Shown here one piece after another: positions 33,056-42,901 of a DNA stretch of 64,000 nucleotides; positions within the stretch are counted from its first letter, which is position 1, and the number at the start of each line of letters is the position of its first letter. The stretch is from NCBI GenBank assembly GCA_905233945.1, contig CAJOFY010000020.1, positions 11,320-75,319 of the forward strand, written 5' to 3'. This DNA comes from an uncultured bacterium (lineage in GTDB: Bacteria; UBP6; UBA1177). The notes beneath the pieces were generated by a model that had not been told where the DNA came from, made no database searches, and saw nothing but the letters and a program-made list of their open reading frames with translations. The position numbers and the translations under genes were made by a program.

Positions 33056-33339
33056 TTTTCCCCCCTTTCCAGGGCATCAGTCAGGCTTTCTAGAAAGTCC
33101 TCGTTCCGGGCGGAAGATATGAGTCTGCCGGCATTTTCGTGTCCCATGACAATAGAAAAAAGCGGTTCTGCAACCGAAATAAAAGCTGAAAGCGGCCTTT
33201 TGAAAGGAATCGCAGTGTCGAGCAGTATCAGAAAGAAAGAATCAAGTTTCTTTGATTTCAGAAAGCGTGCGATTTCAGCAGCCTGAAAGCCGCTGTCCGC
33301 TGTTTCGTTTCCGATAGTTGATTTTCCGCCGATTGCCAA
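33052..33339 (-). CDS. Small cytoplasmic protein (operon gene 1 of 6), possible roadblock/LC7-like fold
   Basis: 95 aa; first gene after intrinsic terminator of upstream gene; 4-nt overlap with next gene. Confidence 0.35.
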   Translation of the reverse strand: MAIGGKSTIGNETADSGFQAAEIARFLKSKKLDSFFLILLDTAIPFKRPLSAFISVAEPLFSIVMGHENAGRLISSARNEDFLESLTDALERGEK

Positions 33340-33411
33340 GCCTTTGCTCCAATCATTAAAAACGGGGCATATTACGTTGGAGGTGAGTTTTTGTCAATTA
33401 GACGCGTGATT

Positions 33412-33442
33412 TTAAGGCAAAAAAAGGGAGCCTGAGCTCCCC
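33412..33442 (-). terminator. Rho-independent terminator of the 1752-aa lipoprotein gene (GGGAGCCTGAGCTCCC hairpin + T7 on minus strand)
   Basis: GC-rich hairpin immediately followed (minus strand) by TTTTTTT, 25 nt 3' of the stop at 33467. Confidence 0.65.
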
Positions 33443-33466
33443 TGTAAAAAAACGTTTCAGCTGTGT

Positions 33467-36400
33467 TTAGTAGCGTGAAGCGTACTCAACTGCGAAGCCG
33501 AGGTTGTCAGCTGCGAAGGAGTTGAGCTGGTCAATCGTTGTTTCCATGATGACCAGTCTGGAGAATCCTTCAGCACCGTCAGCAAGGCTGTCGTCTTCGT
33601 AGTTCTTGAGCTGGCTTGCGCTCTGGACAAGTCTGAATGACGGAGACAGTCTTGAGTATTTGTCTGAGAGGTACTGTCTGAATGCTTCTTTCGATGTAAA
33701 ACGCTGAGTTCCTTCAAGACTCGGATCACCAGCTGCAGCCGCACCGTCTTTCGAGAATACGATCTTTGCAAGGCAGGTGTCATCATCGTTACCTTGTGCT
33801 TTACAGGTTTTCCATCCGTCCGGAACAATCTCGTTACCTTTGCTGTCGTATTGAGCGACACCATAGAGAGCGTTCTGATCCTGAATATCGAGGCTCGATT
33901 TTGCAAGAACAGCTCTGTAGTAAGCGTTTCCGTCCTTGTTAAGGAACTGGACTTCGTTTACATCGGGTTCCGGATAGTTGCCGATATCGTAGGTGTTGAT
34001 TCTGTAAGCTACGAATCTCTGGAGAACCGAAGTATCTGCCGAAGTGTTCGCAACGTTCCCCATTGTCCAGTACATCGGCCACATCTTGTCGAAGTAAGTC
34101 CAGCCTGCGTGAACAGGAACATAGTCATCGCTTACCTGCGAGCAGAGGTTCTTCTTCGGAGTGTATGCAAGGTTTGTGGTCGCATTAGGCGGATTGACTG
34201 CCCAGTTGGAGAGGATGTTGACCGGAACATCGACTCTTACGATGTCGGAACCGTTGAAGCAGTACGGAGAGAATGTGAAGAGAGCTTCTTCATCTACAAC
34301 ATCGGAAAGCATTGTGAACTTAACGTTCTCAAGACCTTCGAACTGCTGGTCAATGCTGTTAGCGCGGCTTTCTCTTCTGTATTTGCCGTCAAACCATCCT
34401 GCGTTTGCGATTGCATAGATTGCAACCATTTTTTCTTCCGCATAGCCTCTTCTGAGGACTTTGTCGTAGTAAATGCTTTCGTTGTCCTGAATATCCCAGC
34501 GGTCTTTCTGGAAACGGCCAAGAACAGGAGAAACGTTGATGACGGTTTCGCCTCTCTTTTCCATATAATCAGCATAGCCGTCGATGTAGTTGTCTGTCGA
34601 CTGGAAGTAATTCTGCTGACCTACCCATTTTTCAAGAAGATTGCCGTTGTCATCTTTTTTCTGTTCACCTGTTTCGTCGTCGATATCGGGCTCAAAATGA
34701 CCTTCAAGCTTGTCATAGATATCAGGATCGTTCGAGCCGACAGCAACAGCTGCATAACTTGAAACAGCCGGTCTGTAAAGAACGTTGAAGTAGAAGTAGT
34801 TGACACCGATCATACCTGCGATTACGTGGTCTGCCGGTCCCATCGGAGTGAGTGTTCTGAGTTCGCCGGTGTAATCGTCGATCCAGTATTCCTCACCTTT
34901 AAGAGCTCTCTGGTACTCTTCGTCAACGTAGTTGCTGATACGTTCAGCATAGTTTGCATCCGTTGTTTCACCAGGAATTTCAAATGTATTTGCGCCGAGA
35001 AGAATATACGGTGCCCATTTTCCATAGAGGTAGAAGTTGAAATCAAGCATGAAGTGGATGTATTTGTATTTGCTGAAGAGTGTGTCGTAGATCATCTTCA
35101 TGGAAGTTCTGCCGCGGAATTCTCTGAACTTCGGGTTACCTCTTCTGAAGAATCTCAAGAAGTAGTAGTTGTCGTCCATGTCAACCATGCTTCTGATTAT
35201 GTCGGAAGCCATGTAGCCGGCATCGAATGTGTTAGCCTTAGGATCGTCTGAAGATTTTTCATCGGAAATGAAGGTGTATTCGTAGTGTCTGCCGTCGTTG
35301 ACGAGGTAGGTGGTGTTGTTTGTGCACTCAGCCTGGGAATCGTCACAGTCGAAATCATATTTGTAGTGGGTTTCGAAAGTATTCGGATCTGTTACAGTCT
35401 TGAGCTCTGCTTCGAGGTTGAGCGCTACTTTCGGAGCAAGTCTTTCGACTTTTTTGCCGTTATCATCGTAGAATACGTAAATCTGGGTAGGAACGTCTAC
35501 TTTTATGAGTTTTCCGTCTTTGTCGAGGTATTCCTCGTTGGTTCTGACGTAATCCGGATATTTAGCGTCTCTGAGAGGATTGAGTTTCGTTCCTTTGTAC
35601 TTGTCACCGCTCTGACCCTGAAGGAGAAGCGTACCGTATTCGCCGTTGCCTGCAAGTTTAACCTGCTCGAAAGAACGTCCGTAAACGAACTTGAGAGCCG
35701 CGAGGTCGTATTTGCCGAGACCTACAGCGTGGATGTAAACTTCTCTCTGGTAGTCCATTACAGATGTGTAGGTGTAGTAGTTGATGTCGGTTTCAAAAGC
35801 TTTTTTGTATCTGTAAGCCTTGATACCGAATGTTGCCGGATTGTAATTGTCCTTTGCCTGTTCTTCGATGAGAAGGTTTTTGATTCCTTCCATCATAGCA
35901 GGATAGTTGTCGCTTCTGTAGTAGTTGTCACCGTAGTTCTTCTGGTCGGTTGAACCGGCGAAGTTGTGTCTGAGACCGAGAGTGTGACCCATTTCGTGCT
36001 GAGCGACACCTTTGTACTGCATTTTTTCAAGAACATCGTAGATAGCGTAGATAAGCGCATCTTCGTATTTCTGTCTGTTTTCTTTGTTGTCGTTCCAGTC
36101 AGGCATTTCCTTGCGGAGTTTTTCCTGTCTTTCCTTTATGAACTGGATTATGGAACCATCCATGAAAGACTCGTCGAAATCGAAGTCAAGAGCCTTTGCC
36201 TGGAGATATTTAACCATTTCGGCTTCAAGAGCCGCAGGTCCTACGAACCAAGGCTGCATCATCTGTTTCTGCTCGTCGGAGTAAGCAGGATTGTCAGACG
36301 GGTTCATCCACGGGAAGAGGTTCTTTTTGATCGAGTAGGGAACCATTTTGCCTTCCCATTTCGTGTTTCCGATCATCGTCGAGAAATCGAATCTGTCATA

Positions 36401-38725
36401 GTTCCTGGTTTTAAGTTCCTGTTCGATGCTGAGCTCTTCAAGTCTCTGCTGAGTGTTGATAGCCGTAGACTCATGTTTAACCATGGTCATAAGGTTGTTT
36501 TTGCTGTAGAGCTTGCCGGGAGCGTAAGGAGAAGCGGTTTTGCTTTTGGTAGCAGCTTTTGCTTTCGTATCCCAGATAACTTCCGGAGTGTTTGCATAGT
36601 CGGGGTTGATGAGTTCTTTCCAGTCCCAGCTTGCCGGATCGTCCGGAGAAATAAGGACTCTTGCGAGTTCGATAGCTCTGGTGTTAGCCCATGCAAGAAC
36701 TGATCCTGCGATGTTCGAGCCGCCGCCGAGCGTCATACCGGTTTCGGGGTTTACGTTCCACTGAGAAACACCGAGAATACCGTATTCTGTCGGTTTGTCG
36801 ACCCAGTTGATAAGAGCCGCGTAGGGGTTACCGTTGTCATATTTGTGGCGGAGAACAGGAAGACCGTCCTCGACTTCACAGGTTCTTTCTTCGTTGAGAA
36901 CACATGCAGCCTTTACAGCTACGTATTCATCAGGACATTCTTCGTTTTCAGCAAAAATCTGGCAGTCCCAGCGGTCGCCTCTCCATTCCGGGAAACCGTT
37001 TGCCATGTAAAGTTTGGACATGCCTTCGTCGTTTGTGAGACATGTCGTGAAGTGCATAACCTTTTCTTCGTCATACTGGTCAGCCTCGTCTTTCTTGACG
37101 CAGATTTTTACAGCGTTTTCGCGGCTGTCGGAAGCAAGGTTGTAGTAGTTCTCGAAACCGTAGAGAGCTTTGCCGTCTCTGGCCGGAACATAGGATTCAA
37201 CAGGGTTTTCAACCATAACGACGATGTCGTTTCTGTACTCGTCGAGAAGAGCGGCGTTTTTCTTGTTGAGTTCGTCGTCACCGCTTTCATCGATAAAGTT
37301 ACCGTTCCATTTCTGGATCCATGCCTGACTGTCGGGAACAAAGCATTTTTCTCTCCAGTTGTAGTGCGGGTTCGATTTGTCGTTGAGGTCGGAAGTATAC
37401 CATTCAAGGTCTCTGACTTTAACGGTTTTGCCGTTTACTTCAATTTCTTTGAAGAAGTCGTTTTTGTAGTTCTCAAAATACCAGTCGTCGAAAGCACGCG
37501 TATCGCTTCCCGGATTCATTGCAGCGTATCTTGCGCCGAGCATCGCGTAGTTGTAGTCTTTCGTGATTGCGCAGTTTGCAGGAAGCATGCGGAGCGGGGT
37601 TTTCGGTGAAGAAGTGAAAACGATCTTCTGCTGATATTTGATCTTCTTCAGGCATTTGTTGTAGTCTTCGCCTTCGCCGCATTTGAAATTCCACTCTTTC
37701 TTGTCGTTGGCCCAAGCCATGTTCCAGTAGTTTGCAAGGGTGTGGAAATTGTCTTCACGGTAGCCGTGGTAGTTGTCGTAACCTTTGAAATTGTTGGTGA
37801 AGAAACCGTATTCACGGAACATTTCGTCCGGATATTCAAGCGGTCTGAAGCCGTTGTCTTTTGCGCCCGGAGTCCATTTGAAAGTCTTGGTCGCAAGGTC
37901 GTAGTCTCTCTTTCCGACAACGTCTCTGTTGATTTTCGAGAATACGAAACGGTAGGTTACAGCTGCAGGTTCGCTGCCTACGAATTCGTGAATATCTTCC
38001 CAGCTGTAAATTGTGCTCCAGTCGTTGAGCGGTTCGAAGTATTCTGTCGAGAAGAACTGGAACCATTCAACTTCCTTGTTGTATCTTTCCTCGTCGTCTT
38101 TGATCGCGGTGTAGTCGCGGTATTTCTTCGGGACGATGAAAGTGCCGTCGTGAGCGTAGAATTCCCAGTCTGTAGCGGTCGTAAGACCAGCTTTGTAGAA
38201 AGGAGCACCCCATTCTCTGGTGAGGTTGAGGTATTCAAGCTCGTAGTTGTTTACACCGCTCATCGAGTTGGTAGCGAGAGAGAAGTAACGTCTCTCGTTC
38301 CACGGTCTGTCGGTGTTTGCAACAAGAACAGGAAGTGCTTCGCCTGTCGTCGGGTTTTCACTCGGAACGATGTCGTAGTGAGCCGCGATAGGATAAGCGA
38401 CAACCGGGGTTTCGTTGACATCAACGATTTCGTTGGTGTCGATTGCGGTGAGTTTGTCCCATACGTTGTAAGCGATGAGCCAATTCTCGGTGATTTTCCA
38501 TTTGATGACCTTGCCGGAGCTCGATTCGCCTATGAAAGCGTAATCAGCGGTGTAAGGCAGATCAACAATGGTCTGACGGAAAAAGAACTCGCCTTCGAAC
38601 AACCTTTTGTCGAGAGCAAGTTCATCGGTTTTGTCGACTGCGCTTCTTTCTGTTGTGCATGATACCGCCATCATCACAGCAATGAGAGCAATAAGCAGCG
38701 ACAATGCTTTTTTGGTCAAATTCAT
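33467..38725 (-). CDS. Giant (1752-aa) surface lipoprotein with metzincin-type zinc-protease motif HEMGHTLGLRHNF
   Basis: Lipobox AVSCTTE; single HExxHxxGxxH zinc-binding consensus mid-protein; otherwise aromatic/Asn/Asp-rich beta-type sequence. Confidence 0.55.
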   Translation of the reverse strand: MNLTKKALSLLIALIAVMMAVSCTTERSAVDKTDELALDKRLFEGEFFFRQTIVDLPYTADYAFIGESSSGKVIKWKITENWLIAYNVWDKLTAIDTNEIVDVNETPVVAYPIAAHYDIVPSENPTTGEALPVLVANTDRPWNERRYFSLATNSMSGVNNYELEYLNLTREWGAPFYKAGLTTATDWEFYAHDGTFIVPKKYRDYTAIKDDEERYNKEVEWFQFFSTEYFEPLNDWSTIYSWEDIHEFVGSEPAAVTYRFVFSKINRDVVGKRDYDLATKTFKWTPGAKDNGFRPLEYPDEMFREYGFFTNNFKGYDNYHGYREDNFHTLANYWNMAWANDKKEWNFKCGEGEDYNKCLKKIKYQQKIVFTSSPKTPLRMLPANCAITKDYNYAMLGARYAAMNPGSDTRAFDDWYFENYKNDFFKEIEVNGKTVKVRDLEWYTSDLNDKSNPHYNWREKCFVPDSQAWIQKWNGNFIDESGDDELNKKNAALLDEYRNDIVVMVENPVESYVPARDGKALYGFENYYNLASDSRENAVKICVKKDEADQYDEEKVMHFTTCLTNDEGMSKLYMANGFPEWRGDRWDCQIFAENEECPDEYVAVKAACVLNEERTCEVEDGLPVLRHKYDNGNPYAALINWVDKPTEYGILGVSQWNVNPETGMTLGGGSNIAGSVLAWANTRAIELARVLISPDDPASWDWKELINPDYANTPEVIWDTKAKAATKSKTASPYAPGKLYSKNNLMTMVKHESTAINTQQRLEELSIEQELKTRNYDRFDFSTMIGNTKWEGKMVPYSIKKNLFPWMNPSDNPAYSDEQKQMMQPWFVGPAALEAEMVKYLQAKALDFDFDESFMDGSIIQFIKERQEKLRKEMPDWNDNKENRQKYEDALIYAIYDVLEKMQYKGVAQHEMGHTLGLRHNFAGSTDQKNYGDNYYRSDNYPAMMEGIKNLLIEEQAKDNYNPATFGIKAYRYKKAFETDINYYTYTSVMDYQREVYIHAVGLGKYDLAALKFVYGRSFEQVKLAGNGEYGTLLLQGQSGDKYKGTKLNPLRDAKYPDYVRTNEEYLDKDGKLIKVDVPTQIYVFYDDNGKKVERLAPKVALNLEAELKTVTDPNTFETHYKYDFDCDDSQAECTNNTTYLVNDGRHYEYTFISDEKSSDDPKANTFDAGYMASDIIRSMVDMDDNYYFLRFFRRGNPKFREFRGRTSMKMIYDTLFSKYKYIHFMLDFNFYLYGKWAPYILLGANTFEIPGETTDANYAERISNYVDEEYQRALKGEEYWIDDYTGELRTLTPMGPADHVIAGMIGVNYFYFNVLYRPAVSSYAAVAVGSNDPDIYDKLEGHFEPDIDDETGEQKKDDNGNLLEKWVGQQNYFQSTDNYIDGYADYMEKRGETVINVSPVLGRFQKDRWDIQDNESIYYDKVLRRGYAEEKMVAIYAIANAGWFDGKYRRESRANSIDQQFEGLENVKFTMLSDVVDEEALFTFSPYCFNGSDIVRVDVPVNILSNWAVNPPNATTNLAYTPKKNLCSQVSDDYVPVHAGWTYFDKMWPMYWTMGNVANTSADTSVLQRFVAYRINTYDIGNYPEPDVNEVQFLNKDGNAYYRAVLAKSSLDIQDQNALYGVAQYDSKGNEIVPDGWKTCKAQGNDDDTCLAKIVFSKDGAAAAGDPSLEGTQRFTSKEAFRQYLSDKYSRLSPSFRLVQSASQLKNYEDDSLADGAEGFSRLVIMETTIDQLNSFAADNLGFAVEYASRY

Positions 38726-38738
38726 AATAACCTCCTAA

Positions 38739-40022
38739 TTAAAAACTGTATGAATAGCCAATGTTAGCAAAAACTGTCGTATATTTAGCCTTGAACGGGT
38801 AGTTCGTAGCGCCGTTGTTTACGTCAGGATCCCCCGGACGTTCCGTGAATCCCTCGTAGTTGCCGTTGTCGAACTCGGGAGCGTTTGTTCTGACACCGAG
38901 AGCGAACACAAAGCCTTTTACAGAATAGGACGCCGTTACGCCGAACGTGAAAAGGTAGTACCATTCGGAATCTTCGACCGAACCGTAGAAACCGTCGTAA
39001 TAGTAGTCTTTCACATTGAGTTTGTAATCAGAGCCGAAACTGTATCCGCCGGAAACTTTGAATCCGAAACCTTTGTAAGCTATGCCGATACCGAGAACAA
39101 GACCTATGTCGTGGTTCTGGAGATAGCCCAGCGGTTCGTTGGAGTACGGATCCCATGCCGCATCGTATTCAGCGAATGTTTTTGCGTAGTTAAAGCCGAA
39201 TGAAATACCAAGGTTGACTTCTTTCGGAAGCTTGAAGTTCTTTGCAAGGCTTAAATCAACGCCGAGAATCGTTCTGATCTCGTAAACATCCCAGAGTTCC
39301 TTTGAAGTGAAAGGAATCGAAACGCCGATTCCGATTGAACCCATAACGCCGGCAAAAGCCTCGAAACCTTTGGAAAGGTGAATGTTGAACGGTGTGCCGT
39401 CAAATTTGGAATAGTTGAGATCTGAAGAAGATTCCAGACCGGCTTCGGTTGCGACTGCTTCCGACATTCCGTAGCGGTATAATTCCCTCAAGCCGACATC
39501 TACAGAAATGGCGAATGCCAGCGGAAGGTCGTAGTTCGCGAAAACGTTGAGAGTGTAGGCAAAACTCTTTCTTTCTTTCGCAAAACCGTGCGAGAAACCG
39601 TTGTTGATGCCGAGTGTGAAGGTCGACTGGCTTCCCTGTTCTGCCGCTTTGTCCCCGGCAGCAGTCTCCGAGTCGGCGTCCTCAGCCTGTGCTGCGAGTT
39701 CAGCTTCGAGATCCGACGGTTCTTCTTCGCCGGACGGAGCTTCTTCTTTCGCAGGTGCAGCTTCTTCAGCCGGAGCTTCTTCTTTTGCAGGTGCAGCTTC
39801 TTCAGCCGGAGCTGCCTCTGCCGGTTGCTCAGCTGCCGGTGCCTCTTCCTGCTGCGCAGCTTCCGCCGGGGCTTCCTGGGCGGGTTCCGCAGCCGCGCCT
39901 TGTTCCGGTGCGCTTTCGGAAGCCTGAGCTTCCTGTGCGAAAACCGGCAACGCGCAAATCAACAGCAGAGCAAGAAAGTAAAACTTAAAAACTTTCAATG
40001 TCTCCTCCTTTAATATGAGCAA
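38739..40022 (-). CDS. Outer-membrane beta-barrel protein with Ala/Pro/Glu-rich periodic linker
   Basis: Signal peptide ending VFAQEA; (EEAPA/AAPAKEEAPS) repeats; C-terminal alternating-hydrophobic strands ending in aromatic ...IGYSYSF. Confidence 0.55.
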   Translation of the reverse strand: MLILKEETLKVFKFYFLALLLICALPVFAQEAQASESAPEQGAAAEPAQEAPAEAAQQEEAPAAEQPAEAAPAEEAAPAKEEAPAEEAAPAKEEAPSGEEEPSDLEAELAAQAEDADSETAAGDKAAEQGSQSTFTLGINNGFSHGFAKERKSFAYTLNVFANYDLPLAFAISVDVGLRELYRYGMSEAVATEAGLESSSDLNYSKFDGTPFNIHLSKGFEAFAGVMGSIGIGVSIPFTSKELWDVYEIRTILGVDLSLAKNFKLPKEVNLGISFGFNYAKTFAEYDAAWDPYSNEPLGYLQNHDIGLVLGIGIAYKGFGFKVSGGYSFGSDYKLNVKDYYYDGFYGSVEDSEWYYLFTFGVTASYSVKGFVFALGVRTNAPEFDNGNYEGFTERPGDPDVNNGATNYPFKAKYTTVFANIGYSYSF

Positions 40023-40191
40023 GTTTCATTCATGAGCAAGTATCCGTTTACAAAAAAACGCGCTAAAATAGTAGAAACGCAAATCAAAGTCAAATGAAAA
40101 TAAGCAAAAATCCGAAAACCTTCCGTAGCAAAGAGTGCCCCGGACTTTTTTTTGCAGTTATATCGCCGACTTAGAGTAAAAAATTTCTTGG

Positions 40192-41436
40192 TCATTCTTT
40201 GGCGGTTTCTTCGACAAGGTTCATTCTGTAAATTTTTCCCATTGCGGCGAAAGAAAGTGCGGTTCCTGCGGCAAGCGTCCAGAAAATTCCGCGGATTTCG
40301 ACTTCAGTGAAGAAAAACGGCTCGAGGTTTATGCCGAGCTCGAAGTCGATCCACGGCTTGAAAACAACCAGAAGCGAGTGCCCTAAAGTGATTCCGGCAA
40401 CAATTCCGGCTGCAGAAATAAAGAATGATTCAAGAAAAATCATGAGTGAAACCGGTGCTCTGCCTATTCCCAAAGTCCGCATCAGCGCCATTTCGCGCTT
40501 TCTTTCGTTTATCGAACTCAGAATCGTAACGAAAACCATAGTTAAAACCAGAAAAAGCGTCCCGTAGCTGAAAAATCCGGCCGCTTTCTCCGCCTTGTTC
40601 ATGTAAGTCAGCAGTTTCCGGACAGTTTTTGCCGTGTCAGCTGCGCTTGTTATGCCGTTTTCGGAGTATTCCCGCTCAAGTGCCGCCGTAAAAACAGGAT
40701 TTTTTGTCTTCACGAGAACAGCTGTGATTTTTCCTTCCGTATGCTCGGTTTCTTCCCCGTTTTCATGGTGGTGATGCCCGTGTTCATGGATTTTCCAGAC
40801 ATTACTCAGGCTCGTGAAAATCGCGAAGTCTTCAGGTCCGTTCACTGCCTTCAGTATAGCGCAGACTCTGTATTCGAAGTCGTGGAGGCGGGCATCTTCG
40901 TCGCCGACGCTTCCGTGGCTTCCGAAAAATGTGTCGCTGGTTTTCATTTCGTATCTTGCCGCGGTTTTTGAGCCGATTACTACACAGTTTCTGCCGTTTT
41001 CTCCGAAAATATCGTCTTCTTTCAAACCGCTTTCAATGGCCTCGAAACCGTTTGAAATCTCGCTGATGTAGGTACTTTCGACTCCGGTTATCGGTATTCC
41101 CATGTAGCTGTCGGAGCGGGCAATCGGGAATACCGCTGCAACTCTTTCGTCTTTTGCAAGTTTTTCGGCTGTTTCGTAGTCGAGTGTGCCGAAAGGCTTG
41201 TCGATATTGAAAAGTGTCGACATCACAAGTGTGGTGTCGCTTGCACCGGCGGGACCTACGACAAGCGGAAAGGTGAGGGATGAGTTTACAGCCGTCGCCG
41301 CAAGCCCGAACGAAACGCATCCTATCGCGGCTAAAAACGCAAAAGCAACGGAAATTGCGAAAATACTCAGCAAAACCGAGAACTTGCGGTGCTTTATACT
41401 GTGAAAGACGGCCTTTAATATAAATATGTATTTCAT
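40192..41436 (-). CDS. FtsX/MacB/LolE-family ABC transporter permease with His-rich periplasmic insert
   Basis: N-terminal TM + large periplasmic domain + 3 C-terminal TMs typical of FtsX-like permeases; HEHGHHHHENGEETEH segment. Confidence 0.65.
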   Translation of the reverse strand: MKYIFILKAVFHSIKHRKFSVLLSIFAISVAFAFLAAIGCVSFGLAATAVNSSLTFPLVVGPAGASDTTLVMSTLFNIDKPFGTLDYETAEKLAKDERVAAVFPIARSDSYMGIPITGVESTYISEISNGFEAIESGLKEDDIFGENGRNCVVIGSKTAARYEMKTSDTFFGSHGSVGDEDARLHDFEYRVCAILKAVNGPEDFAIFTSLSNVWKIHEHGHHHHENGEETEHTEGKITAVLVKTKNPVFTAALEREYSENGITSAADTAKTVRKLLTYMNKAEKAAGFFSYGTLFLVLTMVFVTILSSINERKREMALMRTLGIGRAPVSLMIFLESFFISAAGIVAGITLGHSLLVVFKPWIDFELGINLEPFFFTEVEIRGIFWTLAAGTALSFAAMGKIYRMNLVEETAKE

Positions 41437-42128
41437 GAAATTTTTCCCGTTTCCAGATTAAATTCGATATCGGGCTTTACATCGTCGAAAATCGGGTCAT
41501 GTGAGGTCAGAACTAGCGTTTTTCCGCTTTTATTGAGCTCGAGAAGAGTTGTTTTTACAAGTTCCGAAGAAGCTCTGTCAAGGCTTGCGGTGGGTTCGTC
41601 GGCGAGTATGATTTTCGGGTCGGCGAAAAGGACTCTTGCGATTGCAACGCGCTGTTTCTGACCTACCGAAAGGTGGTACGGCATTTTGGCCGCGAAGTCG
41701 CCCATTTCAACTTTCTTTAATGATTCCAGAGCCTTTTCTTTGTAATCTTTTGTGAGCTTTCCTGCAAATGCAAGCGGTGCAAAAACATTTTCGATTACCG
41801 AAAAGGGGGATAGAAGATTGAAAGTCTGGAAAATATATCCGATGTTTTCGGCGCGGAAACGGTCTTTTTCGCTTTCACTGAGGCTTGAGATATCGGTGTT
41901 CCCGTAGAAAACCGAGCCTGAATCGGGCTTTATCAGCCCTGACATGACATTCATGAATGTGCTTTTGCCGCATCCGCTCGCACCTGTTAGGCGCAGAACC
42001 GCACCTTCAGGCAAATCAAAAGTGACATTCTCGAAAATCACCGTCTTTTTTCCGTCAGCGCCGCCGAACGATTTCGTCAGATTTTTTACCGAAACTTTCC
42101 CAAAAGCCACGACTGCTCCGTCACTCAA
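41433..42128 (-). CDS. ABC transporter ATP-binding protein (LolD/MacB-like)
   Basis: Walker A GASGCGKST, Q-loop, signature LSVGQKQRVAIARVL, Walker B ILADEPT; 4-nt overlap with permease gene. Confidence 0.85.
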   Translation of the reverse strand: MSDGAVVAFGKVSVKNLTKSFGGADGKKTVIFENVTFDLPEGAVLRLTGASGCGKSTFMNVMSGLIKPDSGSVFYGNTDISSLSESEKDRFRAENIGYIFQTFNLLSPFSVIENVFAPLAFAGKLTKDYKEKALESLKKVEMGDFAAKMPYHLSVGQKQRVAIARVLFADPKIILADEPTASLDRASSELVKTTLLELNKSGKTLVLTSHDPIFDDVKPDIEFNLETGKIS

Positions 42129-42154
42129 CTTTTTTATTTAATAAAACCGGACAC

Positions 42155-42898
42155 TTAATTTAAAATCTCTATCTCTTTTACAAGTATGCTGTTCAGGAAA
42201 GTCTGCCCGTTTATCGTGTCAGGGCCGAAGAAAAAACGCCCGGTGACTCTGACGAGAAGAACCTGCTTGAAAAGTTTTTCGCGTTCGAACTCGAACGGTT
42301 TTTCGCCGGCGTCCTTGTAGGCATAGACAATGTCGCCCATCGTCGGCGGGTTGCAGAAAACGCAGCCTTTCATGACTATTGCCGGGTTTGAAAGCCAGAA
42401 AGTCGAAAATCTGCCGTCGTCGGGGATTTTTTCAAACGGCATTACCGCTCCGACCATCGTGACGAGCGAGCCGTTCAGAACTTCGACGACTTCCTGAGGC
42501 AGTTTTTCCTTGAGTCTGAAATAAGTATAGACTTTTTTCAGACCTTTGAACTCGATCGGGCGCGGCGGCATGTCATAGTCGGGCTCGTTTATTATATACT
42601 TTCCGTGTGTCATTTCGTTTTTGTTCAGCTTGTCGGAATGGTGCAGGACCGAATTTGTGCCGTGTTCGCGGAAGCTGTCTGCAATTGATTCGTCTGCTTC
42701 TTTTCTCTTTTCTTCCGGAGTTTTTTCAGGCTGCTGTTCAGGAGCTTTTTCCGGAATGTTTTCTTTCGGTTTCAGTTTCTGAGGCATGGCGGTTTCGTTT
42801 TTCTGAATCTGGTTTACCGAAGAGTTTTCTTTAGAGCATGAAACTGTGCATGTCGCTGAAAAAACAAGGAAAAAAAGGATGATAAAAATATTTTTCAT
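42155..42898 (-). CDS. Lipoprotein (DUF3299-like companion of LolD-type ABC systems)
   Basis: Lipobox TCTVSCSKE, Pro/Glu/Lys-rich linker, C-terminal globular domain. Confidence 0.4.
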   Translation of the reverse strand: MKNIFIILFFLVFSATCTVSCSKENSSVNQIQKNETAMPQKLKPKENIPEKAPEQQPEKTPEEKRKEADESIADSFREHGTNSVLHHSDKLNKNEMTHGKYIINEPDYDMPPRPIEFKGLKKVYTYFRLKEKLPQEVVEVLNGSLVTMVGAVMPFEKIPDDGRFSTFWLSNPAIVMKGCVFCNPPTMGDIVYAYKDAGEKPFEFEREKLFKQVLLVRVTGRFFFGPDTINGQTFLNSILVKEIEILN

Positions 42899-42901
42899 GG
42901 T

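Noticed and set aside
33794-38662. Several plus-strand ORFs of 245-322 aa inside the 1752-aa minus-strand lipoprotein gene
   Set aside because: They overlap a continuous 5.2-kb ORF that has a signal peptide and a metzincin motif. Their translations are Val/Phe/Cys-rich nonsense typical of antisense frames.
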